Assembly: GCA_964457955.1 (NCBI GenBank)
Contig: CAYWEY010000004.1
Location: 1,883-65,882 of the forward strand
DNA length: 64,000 bases
Origin: Candidatus Woesearchaeota archaeon
Lineage (GTDB): Archaea; Nanobdellota; Nanobdellia; Tiddalikarchaeales; Tiddalikarchaeaceae
Reading direction: 5' to 3'
Both the position numbers and the translations under genes were made by a program. The notes beneath the pieces were generated by a model. The model was given only the letters and a program-made list of their open reading frames with translations, was not told the DNA's origin and searched no databases. The number at the start of each line of letters is the position of its first letter. The first letter of the stretch is position 1. Of the stretch, positions 10,153-19,569 are shown one piece after another.

Positions 10153-11004
10153 TTATAGATGCATCCCTTTAATTATGAAGATTGTTCCTGAAATTGAGTT
10201 TATTATTCTTGCTAAGTTATGAAGATGCATTTGTGATAATTCTATTTTTTTCTTCAGTTTTATCTTGTTCTTTATATCGTATGCTTTTTTGCAGTTCTTA
10301 TCAAATTTTTTTGGACTGTACTTGTAGAAGGTTTCATACATTTCTTTGAATGTTTTCATTATTTCTTTCAACATTTTTTCATCAAAATCTTCTTCAAGTA
10401 TCCATGTTAGTTCATCCCCTGCATTTTCCAACTGGTCTATTAATAAATAGTAGAAAGGTTTTTTCCGCATTTCTTCAGTGCTTTTTGTTATCATTATTCG
10501 CTGGGAGTAATTTGCCAGCCTCTTTATTGTCTTATCATACATTTTTATTTCTGTCTTATCTCTAGTTTTTGATAGTTCTATTATTAGTCGGAATACTCTT
10601 CTTAGTATGGAATTGAAGTCTTCTTCAGATTCTTTTGTTATATCTTTTATAATCACATATTCTTTTTTTTGCTCTATTATTTCATATCCTATGAGTTTTT
10701 TCCGTATTATTTCAACTATTTCTTCTAATTGTCTGCTTTCAGATATTTTTATTTTTATTTCTTTCACACCAAGTCTGTAAAGTCCGGGTATTACTTTAAT
10801 TAATGATTCTTTGTATTCTTCGGCACTAATTTCTGCTTTATGTGTTCTTTTTTTGCAGGGGCTGATTATTATCCTGTCCTTAACTATTTTTAGTTCTACT
10901 TTTTTTGTTTCATCTAGTTTTTGTTTTTTAACCCATTCTTTGGGAATAGTTATTGTATATGAATGCCTGTCTTTCGGGCCTTGAGTTATTAGTTTCTTCT
11001 TCAT
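10153..11004 (-). CDS. PhoU-like phosphate-uptake regulator with N-terminal AbrB/SpoVT-type domain
   Basis: HSYTITIPKEWVKKQKL matches the AbrB swapped-hairpin motif seen in archaeal PhoU homologues. The remainder is helical and PhoU-like. Confidence 0.55.
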   Translation of the reverse strand: MKKKLITQGPKDRHSYTITIPKEWVKKQKLDETKKVELKIVKDRIIISPCKKRTHKAEISAEEYKESLIKVIPGLYRLGVKEIKIKISESRQLEEIVEIIRKKLIGYEIIEQKKEYVIIKDITKESEEDFNSILRRVFRLIIELSKTRDKTEIKMYDKTIKRLANYSQRIMITKSTEEMRKKPFYYLLIDQLENAGDELTWILEEDFDEKMLKEIMKTFKEMYETFYKYSPKKFDKNCKKAYDIKNKIKLKKKIELSQMHLHNLARIINSISGTIFIIKGMHL

Positions 11005-11119
11005 AATACTGAAAAACTATTTTTTAATATATAAAATTTGTCATATTACATTATTTTTGTAATAATATTAAATATTTATTTTGTTTTTTTTATTTTTTGT
11101 ATTGAGGTGATAAAAAAAA

Positions 11120-11383
11120 ATGGGTTTAGAGCATACGCTTGTAAAACAAAAATGGCTTGAAATAGAACTTGGTTGGGGACATAGGCCTGACGGATACTCA
11201 CTGCACAAAACATTAAGGGATTGTGAAAGATTCGTAGCAAGCCATGAAGGTAAACATTATGACTGTGTTTCAAAGGCTTACGGAAAATCATATACTGTCA
11301 GAGTTGATAAAAAAACATATAAAGAAGTTTCAGAAAGTGAATGCGGAATTTGGTATGGTGGTTCCTGGAAAAAATGGGGTTAG
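11120..11383 (+). CDS. Small hypothetical protein (87 aa)
   Basis: GAGGTGA lies 9 nt upstream of the ATG. Composition is diverse (contrast the overlapping minus-strand ORF 11076-11291). Confidence 0.35.
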   Translation: MGLEHTLVKQKWLEIELGWGHRPDGYSLHKTLRDCERFVASHEGKHYDCVSKAYGKSYTVRVDKKTYKEVSESECGIWYGGSWKKWG

Positions 11384-11892
11384 AAATATTTTTTCTCATC
11401 CCAACTTATTCCTCCCTTAATCCATTTTTTTTGTTTTATCTTCTTCACTATTTTTTCCGCGTTTTCTTCAATCTTTCCTATGCTCGTGTCATACTCCACC
11501 ACTTTCTTATTATCACTATAGTATTGTGTGAAATAGTCAAGAATTTCTACATCCATATTGTTTCTTACTTTCTTCTCACTATAACCTCTTTTTTCTAATC
11601 TCTTTTTCAGAACTAATGGATTAGTCCTCAATATCACAACCACGTCCGGTTCAGGAACAAATTCAACCAAGTGAGTGTCTATCACATAATTTTTTGGAAG
11701 CTCTTCTTCCAATATATTCTTAAGTTTTTCATTCACTTCCACACTCCCGTCACTTAATCTTTTGCTTACTGTTTCAGGATGCTCATCAATTAATTTCTTG
11801 ACACTAAAATATTTTAGTTTCAACAAGCCACTAATCTTCTGCGCTATAGTTGTTTTTCCTGTTCCCGGAGCACCAGTGACCAGTATTTTCAT
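11380..11892 (-). CDS. AK6/Fap7-like nucleoside/adenylate kinase
   Basis: MKILVTGAPGTGKTT P-loop at the N-terminus. About 170 aa, the size of archaeal AK6. Confidence 0.6.
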   Translation of the reverse strand: MKILVTGAPGTGKTTIAQKISGLLKLKYFSVKKLIDEHPETVSKRLSDGSVEVNEKLKNILEEELPKNYVIDTHLVEFVPEPDVVVILRTNPLVLKKRLEKRGYSEKKVRNNMDVEILDYFTQYYSDNKKVVEYDTSIGKIEENAEKIVKKIKQKKWIKGGISWDEKKYF

Positions 11893-12485
11893 AAATTTAT
11901 TATTCTTCCTTCAGGACCAGGATTGAAAACAAGAGTATCTCCTATCTTAATCTCTTTACCAGCATTCTCATGAACGTGTCCGCAGCAGCAGTATTTTGGT
12001 TGATTCTTTTCAATCCATTTTCTTATACTGAAACTGCCTATATTAAGTCCCGACAATGTCTTGTCAAGTATTGTGTTTTTAGGAGGATTATGCGAAGCCA
12101 GTACATTAACTTTCTTAAATTCTTTAAGAATATTCCAAATTTGTTCATCACTCAATTCGTAAGGAGTGTCAAAAGGGCTTGGAAGACAACTTCCTATTCC
12201 TAAAAACTTTATTCCTTCATCTTCATAAACTTCTCTCTCTATGTATATGAAGTTTTCAAGTTCCTCCACTGCTTCCTTAATAAATTCAGGTGTTTCATTG
12301 TTGCCAGGTATTATTAAGACTTTTTTGCCTATATTATCCAGTTTTTCTGCGCTTTCTCCGAATCCTGAACCTAATTTGCTTAAGTCTCCTGCACATACTA
12401 ATAAGTCAGCATCATCACTTTTCTTAATTAATTTATCAAGTTTTTCTTTATTTGCATGAACATCCACAAAAAACAATGCTTTCAT
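11889..12485 (-). CDS. Calcineurin-like metallophosphoesterase
   Basis: DVHAN ... CAGDL ... GNNE ... GHVHE metallophosphatase motifs in the canonical order. Confidence 0.7.
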   Translation of the reverse strand: MKALFFVDVHANKEKLDKLIKKSDDADLLVCAGDLSKLGSGFGESAEKLDNIGKKVLIIPGNNETPEFIKEAVEELENFIYIEREVYEDEGIKFLGIGSCLPSPFDTPYELSDEQIWNILKEFKKVNVLASHNPPKNTILDKTLSGLNIGSFSIRKWIEKNQPKYCCCGHVHENAGKEIKIGDTLVFNPGPEGRIINL

Positions 12486-14359
12486 AATAATACCTTAATA
12501 TTTTTATTCTCCATTGTTGCTTCCCGCAATTTTTTACCTAAATCACTGTCTATACTTATTCTCACTTCTCCTTTCTTGCTTATTGTTCCAGTGAATAAGA
12601 ATTCGCCTTCAGTATAGAAATCAACACTCCTGCTTGATAATTCTGAGCTGAATATGAATATTATGCTGCTTTTTGAGAATCTGATATTATAAGGTATTCT
12701 CTCCTGCTGTTCTTTTTTTTTCTCCTTGCTTAATTCATCCAGCTTCCTGATATTTATCCTCACACCGATTCTTTTCTCAATCTTATCAATTCTTTTTCCT
12801 CCTCTGCCTATTATTTTGGGAATCATTTCTCTTGACAAGAATACGTCAGCAGAGTTCTGTGAAGTCACATCAACATGAATATTCTTAACTTTTTTCTTTA
12901 ATTCATTCTTAATCATTTCTTTAATAGTTACTTCAGCTATTTTGGCAATACCAGTTTTTTCTCTTTTCTTTTCACTTACTGGAATAACAACTGTTTCTTC
13001 TCCAAAAACATATATCTCGTTTGTTAATTCTTTTGTCTCAAAATCCCTGACTTCAACAACAGGTCTTGCAAGGTCTGCTTCTGTCATTCCGCTCGGAACT
13101 TTTACAGTCATTTTTAATTCCAACACTCTGCTCACTTTACCATTATTAATGAATATTACTGTATCAATTATGCTGGGAACCATTCCCAATTCAACTCTTC
13201 CTATAAATCTTTGTATGCTGTCTATAGGGCCGGTTGCATGAACAACTCCAATCATGCCAACACCACTGAGTCTCATATCCTTGAATAAGTTAAAGTCTGC
13301 AGTATTCCTGATTTCATCAAATATTGTATAATCAGGCCGACCGAGTAATAATATGTCATGAAGTTCGGTATGGCTCGCCCTGTTTTTTGAGTACTGTGTT
13401 ATTTCATCAGGAAGAATCAAATCTCTCGGTGCTTCAATCGTTTTAATATTTTTATTAAATGTTTGATAAAACTCTCCTAAAGCCTGACAGAAAGTGCTCT
13501 TGCCATTGCCCGGTGCTCCCGCAACTAATATTCCTTCAGCCTTCTCCTTAAGTCTATTCATCAAATCCTCTTTAAGATTATAATCTTTTAATGATAATTT
13601 CTTAACAGGACGAACGCTTGTTATCTCCCAACCATCACTTAACGGCGGACGAGCTATTATTGTCCTGTAATTCCTGAACTGTAGAATCGTGCTCGACTTT
13701 CTCTTAATCTCTATAAAACTATCCTTATCAATCTTTGTTTTTTCAATAATATCTTTAGCAAACTCTTCAACTTCTTCACCAGTCAGTTTTTTCTTACCAA
13801 TATTCACAAACTCCCATTTTCCGGGACTCCCTTTCTTTGCTCTCGGAACAGTATTCTCCTTCAAATGAACGCTCATCGTGTTTTTAGTGAAGAATTTCTC
13901 AATTTTTATTCCCTTAATCTCTTTGCTGAACTCAATTAACTGATTCTTAATGCCCATTACTTCAGCAACTTCTGCCTGAACCCTGTCAGCAGTTATTAAA
14001 GTAGCATTCCTCTCTCCAGCCAGGTCTCTTATCATCCTGTCTATCTCTCCTTCCTTAGCATACTTAATCTGGGCTCCCGTAGGTCTGGCACCATCATATT
14101 CTATTTCTATCCTGTCCTTTTCAGCATAATCATTAAGTTTCTTAACTTCCTCAAGCCCGAGAAAACCAATAGGCTGATTATTATTGGCTTGATGCTCTAA
14201 TTCTGCTATAACCGCATTATGAATAATTATTTTTCCCTTGAACTTCTTCTTCTTAATCAAATGACTTAGGATTCCTTCAATCACTACACTAGTGTCAGGA
14301 ACATAAACTTCCGCACCTTCCAGGTCAGAAACCATTTCTTTAAGTATTTTCTTATCCAT
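12482..14359 (-). CDS. PIN domain + PilT-like ATPase + KH domain protein
   Basis: N-terminal PIN (VPDTSVVIEG), Walker A (GAPGNGKSTF), and a C-terminal KH GxxG (IIGRGGKRIDKIEKRIGVRINI). Confidence 0.7.
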   Translation of the reverse strand: MDKKILKEMVSDLEGAEVYVPDTSVVIEGILSHLIKKKKFKGKIIIHNAVIAELEHQANNNQPIGFLGLEEVKKLNDYAEKDRIEIEYDGARPTGAQIKYAKEGEIDRMIRDLAGERNATLITADRVQAEVAEVMGIKNQLIEFSKEIKGIKIEKFFTKNTMSVHLKENTVPRAKKGSPGKWEFVNIGKKKLTGEEVEEFAKDIIEKTKIDKDSFIEIKRKSSTILQFRNYRTIIARPPLSDGWEITSVRPVKKLSLKDYNLKEDLMNRLKEKAEGILVAGAPGNGKSTFCQALGEFYQTFNKNIKTIEAPRDLILPDEITQYSKNRASHTELHDILLLGRPDYTIFDEIRNTADFNLFKDMRLSGVGMIGVVHATGPIDSIQRFIGRVELGMVPSIIDTVIFINNGKVSRVLELKMTVKVPSGMTEADLARPVVEVRDFETKELTNEIYVFGEETVVIPVSEKKREKTGIAKIAEVTIKEMIKNELKKKVKNIHVDVTSQNSADVFLSREMIPKIIGRGGKRIDKIEKRIGVRINIRKLDELSKEKKKEQQERIPYNIRFSKSSIIFIFSSELSSRSVDFYTEGEFLFTGTISKKGEVRISIDSDLGKKLREATMENKNIKVLL

Positions 14360-15623
14360 TATTTATCACATCCTGACCATTCATGTAAGGCACGAGGACT
14401 TCAGGTATTTTAATACTTCCATCCTCCTGCTGATAGTTTTCAATTATTACTGTAAGTGCTCTTGGAGGAGCAACACACGTACAATTCAGTGTATGAACAT
14501 AGCCTGCAGGAGGTTTTCCTTCCTCAACTCTGAACTTAATACCTAATCTTCTTGCCTGATAATCAGTGCAGTTAGAGCAACTCACTACTTCTCTGTATTT
14601 CTGTTGTCCAGGCATCCATGCTTCAATATCATATTTTTTGCTTGCAACAATACCTAAATCACCTGTACAAATATTAACAACTCTGTAATGTATTCCCAGA
14701 CTCTGCCAGAATTCTTCAGCAGTTTTTATTAATTCTTCATGCTCTTCCCAACTATGCTCTGGTGTTGTGAAACTAACCTGCTCTACTTTAGCAAACTCGT
14801 GAATTCTGAAGACCCCTTTAGTATCTTTACCATGACTTCCTGCTTCAGTTCTGAAACAAGGACTATAACCACAATACCTTAAAGGAAGTTCTGACAATAA
14901 TAATGTCTCATCAGCGTGCTGGGAGACCAAAGTAACTTCTGAAGTCCCTATCAAAGCAAGTTTTTTATTTTTAATATAATAAATATCATCTTTTCCTGCA
15001 GGAAGAAAACCTGTTCCGTAAAACATTTTTTCATAAGCCATGCTTGGAGTTATCATAAAATCCTTATTCTTCTTTCTGAGAAAATCAATAGCGTAAGTAA
15101 GCAAAGCAAACTGTAATCTTGCTAAATCATTCTTCAAATAGTATTGTCTTGCACCACTAACTTTTGCCGCTCTCTTTATATCAAACAAGTCATTCATTTT
15201 ACATAATTCTATATGATCCTTTGGTTCAAAACCAAAATCTGGTTTTTCTCCATAATGCCTTACAGGCACATTATTCTTTTCGTCTTCTCCGTAAGGAACA
15301 CTCTCATCCATAATGTTAGGAATCTTTGCACGATAATCATCCCTCTTCTCTTTCTTCTGTTCTTTCTTTTTTTCTAATTTATTAATCTTCTTACTAATTT
15401 CTTTACTCTTCTTGATTAATTTCTTACTTTTTCTCTTGCTTATTTTTTTTGTGAGAATATTCTTCTCTTCCCTTAATTTGTTTGATTTTTCAACAAGACT
15501 CCTCCACTCTTCATCAAGTTTTACAACTTCATCAACCCATTTCTTTTTCTTATCTTCTTTTCTTCTCTCAAAATTTTTTTTAATAATTTCAGGATTATCC
15601 CTGAATAATTCAATACTTAACAT
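14352..15623 (-). CDS. serS: Seryl-tRNA synthetase
   Basis: N-terminal coiled-coil arm plus a class II core (FRIHEFAKVEQV, GDLG...), 423 aa. Confidence 0.85.
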   Translation of the reverse strand: MLSIELFRDNPEIIKKNFERRKEDKKKKWVDEVVKLDEEWRSLVEKSNKLREEKNILTKKISKRKSKKLIKKSKEISKKINKLEKKKEQKKEKRDDYRAKIPNIMDESVPYGEDEKNNVPVRHYGEKPDFGFEPKDHIELCKMNDLFDIKRAAKVSGARQYYLKNDLARLQFALLTYAIDFLRKKNKDFMITPSMAYEKMFYGTGFLPAGKDDIYYIKNKKLALIGTSEVTLVSQHADETLLLSELPLRYCGYSPCFRTEAGSHGKDTKGVFRIHEFAKVEQVSFTTPEHSWEEHEELIKTAEEFWQSLGIHYRVVNICTGDLGIVASKKYDIEAWMPGQQKYREVVSCSNCTDYQARRLGIKFRVEEGKPPAGYVHTLNCTCVAPPRALTVIIENYQQEDGSIKIPEVLVPYMNGQDVINNG

Positions 15624-15657
15624 AATATTATGATAATAAACCCCTCTTTTTAAATAA

Positions 15658-16350
15658 TTAATCCCAAAACCTTAATATAATATTAGGATACCTCTCACTC
15701 CATCTTTTCAGTATTTTCTCAAAACAATGCTCATAATCCTGTTCAAGCAGTTCCTTGTCTAACACTGTATCCAGTTTCTGGAACCTCTGCAATACAAGCG
15801 TGTCAGGCTTTATCTTATTATTAATATGAAGAATATCCTTCAATAAGTGAATACTTGGAGTCACAGTCATTCTGAATTCGCAAGGAGTATTACTTTTCTT
15901 AACAATACTAAAACTCTCCATCCACTTATTGTAACAATTCTTTTTCTGAACAACTCTTTCAAAAAAATCTTTGTCAAAAACAGATTTGACATCAAGACCA
16001 ATAAAATCTATTTTATTAATTATTCTTTTCAGTCTTTTAGGAAAAGTACCGTTCGTTTCAACACCAACTTTCAAGCCTTTCTCATGACTCCAATTTATTA
16101 TTCTCTTAACAACCTTTTCCTGAATAAGAGGCTCCCCCCCGCTTATCATAACACTATCTATTAACTGCAGATTATTAATCACTTTAGTAAAAACTTCATT
16201 CAGAGAACTCTTATCACTGAATTCCAAATAATCACTGTTCGCGCAGAATCTGCATCTCAAATTGCATCCTTCCAAGAATATTACACTGCATACGTGCCCG
16301 GGATAATCAGTTGTGCTTACTTCCTGAAACCCGCTAATAAATGCTTCCAT
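15658..16350 (-). CDS. nrdG: Radical-SAM activase, NrdG-like (anaerobic RNR activating protein)
   Basis: TTDYPGHVCSVIFLEGCNLRCRFCAN: CxxxCxxC preceded by the DYPG motif typical of NrdG. About 230 aa. Confidence 0.55.
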   Translation of the reverse strand: MEAFISGFQEVSTTDYPGHVCSVIFLEGCNLRCRFCANSDYLEFSDKSSLNEVFTKVINNLQLIDSVMISGGEPLIQEKVVKRIINWSHEKGLKVGVETNGTFPKRLKRIINKIDFIGLDVKSVFDKDFFERVVQKKNCYNKWMESFSIVKKSNTPCEFRMTVTPSIHLLKDILHINNKIKPDTLVLQRFQKLDTVLDKELLEQDYEHCFEKILKRWSERYPNIILRFWD

Positions 16351-16374
16351 AAATTAAGTATAAAAAATTGTAGG

Positions 16375-16941
16375 TTAAAAATATTTAGAGTATTTTGCTT
16401 TCTGCTTTCCAAGACTCTTAATTAACACATTATTCTGCTCTTGATACTTGCCAGAATATCCTTTATTTGTCGGAGTCCTTAAATACTTGAAAGTGATGTA
16501 ACCAACCTCCATGCCTTTCTTCAACAATATAGTGTTCTTCCCAGCTTTGCTTAATTCCAATACAAGATGTCCTTTCCAACCTGGCTTCACTATTCCTGCA
16601 GTGCTGTGAACTTGAATGAATTGTCTTGCTAATGTGCTCTTGCCGTGCAGTTCACCCATCAAGTAAAGAGGCAGTTCAATCCTCTCCTCTACTGTTGCAA
16701 GAATATGCATTCCCGGACTGAACTCAAAACCCTTGTCATCCAACAATACGTCATGATAATAATCTTCTTCATTAAAATCTTCTGTCAAATCAATCAAAGC
16801 ATACGCTTTTTTAGGAATCCTAATCTTACTCCCTAAATGCAGGTCATAACCACAACCATCCAGACAATCATCACTGAAAGGATTTATGACCAAACCATTC
16901 TTCTTTAATTCTTTATTAATATCAATATTGCTCAGAACCAT
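16375..16941 (-). CDS. dcd: dCTP deaminase
   Basis: dCTP deaminase/dUTPase-fold N-terminus (NIDINKELKKNGLVINPF...GYDLHLG). 188 aa. Confidence 0.7.
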   Translation of the reverse strand: MVLSNIDINKELKKNGLVINPFSDDCLDGCGYDLHLGSKIRIPKKAYALIDLTEDFNEEDYYHDVLLDDKGFEFSPGMHILATVEERIELPLYLMGELHGKSTLARQFIQVHSTAGIVKPGWKGHLVLELSKAGKNTILLKKGMEVGYITFKYLRTPTNKGYSGKYQEQNNVLIKSLGKQKAKYSKYF

Positions 16942-16943
16942 TA

Positions 16944-19223
16944 TTATTCATCCTCTTCTAACTCCAGCATAGAATTATGCGCGTTTATTACTTCCTCCAT
17001 TTTTTTTATAAGTTCTTTTTTTTCTTCCTCACCCAAAACCATTTCTTCAATATTTTTTTTAAATTCATTTAATTTATCATTATCCTCTTTTATTTCTTTT
17101 TGTTTTTTCCTCCATTCTATAAAATTTTTGATTATGTTTTTTTTAACACTTTTTTCTTTAACTGCTTTTATTATACCTTCTGCTTTGATGAGTGGTTTAT
17201 AATCTTCTTCTTCAATATTTTCTGGAGAATTTATTATTAATTCCTTATTTTCATGTTTGTATACTATTTTTTCATTACTTGAAGCATATATGAATTTTAC
17301 ATCCACGTCTTTCAAATCCATATTTTTTAAAACACTAATTATCATATTCTTTGCTTCTGAGGATTCATGAATATTAAAAGTCAGTAAAGGCTTACCACAT
17401 TCTTTATTAGGACAAAATTTATCAGTATAACCTACTTCTTCTCCGCAGTAAGGACAGTATCTTATATATTTTACATCAGTTGCTTTTAAGAAAAATACTC
17501 TGATATTATTCTCTTTTTGTTTTTTTGTTCTTCTGTCCAAATCAGTAATTAATGGTTTATCACATTCTGGGCAGGTTTTGTCACTTTCACTTATTTTTTC
17601 TCCGCAGTAAGGGCAGTGTTCCTGCTCCATCCTCTTGAACTCAAATCCTTTATCCACCAATTTCCTTGATTCTTCATCTCCAAAAATTCGGGTGTGCTCC
17701 TCCTTAATTATTCCCATTGTTCCGTATTCTTCCAGAACATTTCTATAATTCTTTATTTTTTCTTCCTCACTCTCTACTTCTTCTAATCCTTCTAACATTT
17801 TTTCATCCATCTCCAGAACATGTTGTTTAAACAATACTTCATTCGTTATTCCATCGTTTTCACTAATCCATTCTTTAAGTCCCTCAATATTTTTATCTAA
17901 CTCATTTTTTAAATTATCCAAATCTTTTACTTTTCCTAATCTTCCTTCTTCATTAAAGTATAAGAATTCTTTTTCCTCTTTCTCCAAGTACTCTCTCACG
18001 TGTTCAACACTTATACTGTAAAGAATGCTAAAGTTAAACTTTGAACTACTTCGATATTTTTCAACAACTTCTTTAATCTCAGGCTTTTCATCAAGTTTTT
18101 TGAAAAGTCTCATCTTATTCTTATCACTCTTGTCATTCTCGCTGTCAATTGTTTCATTAAAAACTTCTTTTACTTTACTAATCAAATATTTCGCTCTTTT
18201 AATAACAAGCGCCCTAATCTTACTGCGACTAATTTTAGGAAAGTCCTTAAAAAGAGTATTGCATACTCTATTAACTCTTTCATCATCAAGTTCGTAATCC
18301 TCAGTTTCAAGACTTATTGGTATTTCAAAATCATCTATATTTCTATCCAGGAATTTTTTATAAGCATTGTATTCAACTTTTTTATCATTAATAATGAAAT
18401 TAGTGTAATTATACAAATCCCTGTATTCCTTAATCACGCTTAATATTTTCTTAATATTCTCGAAAACACTCTTTTTTCCTTTGAATAATAATTTTTCAGT
18501 TTTTTTCAAATATTTTGAGTTCAGTTTTTCTGCAACACTCTCATATTTTTCCATAACTTTTTCTTTTTCCTCACTACCTCGCAAATTATTAATTCGTGCT
18601 TGTTTGAACTTTTTGGAAACATTATCAAAAAAAGCATCTTTACTGAAAGTATTCAGGAAAGCATAGAAATTAAAATAATCATCCTTAAATTCTTTAAGCA
18701 CATATTTTTTCACAAATTTCTTGCTGTCCAACTCCAAACCAAATAATTCATTCATTTCTTCATTTTTTTCAAAGAATTTGGAGAAGTTTTTGAAACAATA
18801 CTTTAAGTACTTAAGGTTTTTTTCAATATTTTCAGCATACTCATTCCATGATTTCTCTTTTTTTGCAAAATCCTTTATTTTTTTGTCATTAACACCTATT
18901 TTTAGTATTCTGTTCTTAATTATTTTTTGTAATTCTTTCTCTATTTCTTCAACACTAAATTCTGTATCAATTCCTTTTTTCCTAATATTCTCTATTTCTT
19001 CTTTTAATTCATCTATATTCTTTTTTTTACTCTCTTCAGAATCCTTTTTTGCTTTCTGAATCGTTTTTTTAATATCTTCATAAACTTTTTTCCAGTGATT
19101 ATTACTATATTTTTTTTTGTTCTTAGTCTTTGTATAAAATTTTTTTCCTAATTCGTCTTTAACTTTTTTACCTAAAAAACCACTCTCTTTGTCAACAAGA
19201 ATATTTTTTAAAATTTTCCCCAA
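16944..19223 (-). CDS. Large Lys/Glu-rich coiled-coil protein with C-proximal double zinc ribbon
   Basis: 759 aa, heavily K/E-rich. Two CPYCGE..x..CPxC-type Zn ribbons (CPYCGEKISESDKTCPECDKP; CPYCGEEVGYTDKFCPNKECGKP). No NTPase motifs. Confidence 0.6.
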   Translation of the reverse strand: MGKILKNILVDKESGFLGKKVKDELGKKFYTKTKNKKKYSNNHWKKVYEDIKKTIQKAKKDSEESKKKNIDELKEEIENIRKKGIDTEFSVEEIEKELQKIIKNRILKIGVNDKKIKDFAKKEKSWNEYAENIEKNLKYLKYCFKNFSKFFEKNEEMNELFGLELDSKKFVKKYVLKEFKDDYFNFYAFLNTFSKDAFFDNVSKKFKQARINNLRGSEEKEKVMEKYESVAEKLNSKYLKKTEKLLFKGKKSVFENIKKILSVIKEYRDLYNYTNFIINDKKVEYNAYKKFLDRNIDDFEIPISLETEDYELDDERVNRVCNTLFKDFPKISRSKIRALVIKRAKYLISKVKEVFNETIDSENDKSDKNKMRLFKKLDEKPEIKEVVEKYRSSSKFNFSILYSISVEHVREYLEKEEKEFLYFNEEGRLGKVKDLDNLKNELDKNIEGLKEWISENDGITNEVLFKQHVLEMDEKMLEGLEEVESEEEKIKNYRNVLEEYGTMGIIKEEHTRIFGDEESRKLVDKGFEFKRMEQEHCPYCGEKISESDKTCPECDKPLITDLDRRTKKQKENNIRVFFLKATDVKYIRYCPYCGEEVGYTDKFCPNKECGKPLLTFNIHESSEAKNMIISVLKNMDLKDVDVKFIYASSNEKIVYKHENKELIINSPENIEEEDYKPLIKAEGIIKAVKEKSVKKNIIKNFIEWRKKQKEIKEDNDKLNEFKKNIEEMVLGEEEKKELIKKMEEVINAHNSMLELEEDE

Positions 19224-19531
19224 AAATTATTCTTATTCTTATTCTTTTCATAAGTATTAATACATTTATCAAGAAATTCCTGAAAATTACTGGATGTTTC
19301 ATCCGCTTTATCCTGGTTTTCTGAATAAGATAAATCTGAAACACTTGCTAAGTCTTTATTATCATCTGTTTCTCTCTTATCTCTTTTTTTTTCTTCCATT
19401 TCTTCTCTTTTTTTCTTTCCTGCTGAGTTCATAATCCAGATTATTGCTCCAAAAAAAGTTATTAAAAAAAGACTTACCAAGATGAGACTAATATTCGCGT
19501 ATACTTCTCCAGGAATACTAAAATAATCCAT
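19208..19531 (-). CDS. Small single-TM protein with charged C-terminal tail
   Basis: 107 aa with one hydrophobic helix then KKREEMEEKKRDKRETDD. Overlaps the preceding gene by 16 nt. Confidence 0.35.
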   Translation of the reverse strand: MDYFSIPGEVYANISLILVSLFLITFFGAIIWIMNSAGKKKREEMEEKKRDKRETDDNKDLASVSDLSYSENQDKADETSSNFQEFLDKCINTYEKNKNKNNFWGKF

Positions 19532-19569
19532 TAAGTATTTATTAAATAATTCATTGCTTATAAAAAATA

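Noticed and set aside
11076-11291. 71-aa minus-strand ORF
   Set aside because: Overlaps the better-supported plus-strand ORF 11120-11383, which has an SD-like GAGGTGA and diverse composition.
18025-19059. Plus-strand ORFs (90, 61 and 112 aa), S/F/L-rich
   Set aside because: Antisense of the K/E-rich gene (AAG/GAA codons read as CTT/TTC).
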